NCBI GenBank assembly: GCA_951406725.2
Contig: OX597820.1
Coordinates: 372,001-436,000 of the forward strand
Reading direction: 5' to 3'
Source of the DNA: Octopus vulgaris
Taxonomy: Eukaryota
Length of the DNA: 64,000 nt
Shown here: piece by piece, positions 62,800-64,000 of the stretch
Numbering within the stretch: position 1 is the first letter of the stretch
Layout of the letters: every line of letters starts with the position of its first letter
The notes under the pieces: model-generated
What the model was told of the DNA's origin: nothing
Seen by the model: only the letters and a program-made list of their open reading frames with translations
Databases searched by the model: none
Translations under genes and position numbers: made by a program

Positions 62800-63598
62800 C
62801 TGGAAATGACCAGTGACCGAAACCTTTGGAGGTATGCTGTGCGTGAGAAAACCCGGCAAGACCAGTGAGAACAGTCAAAATCAAGATCAAACCAAATTGA
62901 GGTTGATCAACATCAGGGCCCCCGTGCAGGTGACACGTAAAAGTACCATCTGTTCGTAGCCGTTTGCCAGCCCTGTCTGGCCCCCGTGTCGGTGGCACAT
63001 AAAAGCACCATCCGTTCGTGTTCGTTGCCAGCCTGGCCTGGCCCCGTGCCGGTGACACGTAAAAGCACCATCCGTTTGTGGCCGTTTGCCAGCTCTGTCT
63101 GGCCCCGTGCCGGTGACACGTAAAAGCACCATCCGTTCGTGGCCGTTTGCCAGCTTTGTCTGGCCCCCGTGCCGGTGACACGTAAAAGCACCATCCATTC
63201 GTGGCCGTTTGCCAGTCCTGTCGGTGACATGTAAAAGCACCATCCGTTTGTGGCCGTTTGCCAGCCCTGTCTGGCCCCCATGTCGGTGACATGTAAAAAC
63301 ACCATCCGTTCGTGTCCGTTGCCAGCCTCGCCTGGCCCCCGTGCCGGTGACACGTAAAAGCACCATCCGTTCGTGGCCGCTTTGCCAGCTCTGTCTGGCA
63401 CCTGTGCGGGTGGCACGTAAAAAGCACCCACTACACTCACGGAGTGGTTGGCATTAGGAAGGGCATCCAGCCGTAGAAACACTGCCAGATCTGACTGGGC
63501 CTGATGAAGCCTTCCAGCTTCACAGACCCCAGTAGAACCGTCCAACCCATGCTAGCATGGAGAACGGACGCTAAATGATGATGATGATGATGATGATG
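62800..63598 (+). mobile_element. 5'-truncated RTE LINE with expanded ~58-bp 3' UTR minisatellite
   Basis: Begins with EMTSDRNLWRYAVREKTRQDQ* (cf. the C-terminus of the 47239 ORF); about 8 units of cccgtgccggtgacacgtaaaagcaccatccgttcgtggccgtttgccag; (ATG)n tail. Confidence 0.9.
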
Positions 63599-64000
63599 TA
63601 TATAAATATGTTTTAAACATATAAATGTGCTTTCATTTGCTAATGTGTCTGATTTTCCTGCATGTGACATGTCACGTGACCCTAGTTGTATGTACTTATG
63701 ACTTTGATGCTGTCAGTTGCAGCAATGAGTGTTCCAGTTGATCCTCTCAATGGAACAGCCTGCTCATGAAATTAACATGCAAGTGGCTGAGTGCTCCACA
63801 GACATGTATAGGGAGATTTAGCATGACCCACATGATCACCAGGCGACCCTTTGAAATACAAGAACAACTCATTTTTGCCAGCTGAGTGGACTGGGGCAAC
63901 ATGAAATAAAGTGTCTTGCTCAAGGATACAGTGCAGTGCTGGGAATCAAACTCACAGCCTTATGGTTGAGGTCCAAATGCCCCTAGCTGCTGAACCACCT

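Overview
AT-rich, microsatellite- and transposon-dense eukaryotic genomic DNA. The SINE/RTE repertoire suggests an octopus or related coleoid cephalopod (inference). The main host gene is the 5' part of a SETDB1/eggless H3K9 methyltransferase on the + strand, with a putative promoter near 26.2-26.6 kb and eight phase-consistent coding exons from 27736 to 53643 that reach the Tudor domains. A probable first coding exon of an unidentified gene lies on the - strand (3362-3406). Mobile elements include an internally deleted Mag-like Gypsy LTR element (LTRs, PBS, PPT, 5-bp TSD) and a full-length, ORF-intact RTE LINE antisense in a SETDB1 intron. There are also many RTE 3' fragments, CR1-like fragments, several Helitron families (including head-to-tail concatemers), piggyBac/hAT/Tc1-pogo-type MITEs and three tRNA-SINE families. 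The most unusual signal is a set of Penelope-like terminal repeats containing minimal hammerhead-ribozyme motifs. In one family these repeats are fused to a tRNA-like Pol III head, and one copy is a TSD-flanked insertion. Repeat boundaries were read by eye and are approximate unless termini or TSDs are quoted.
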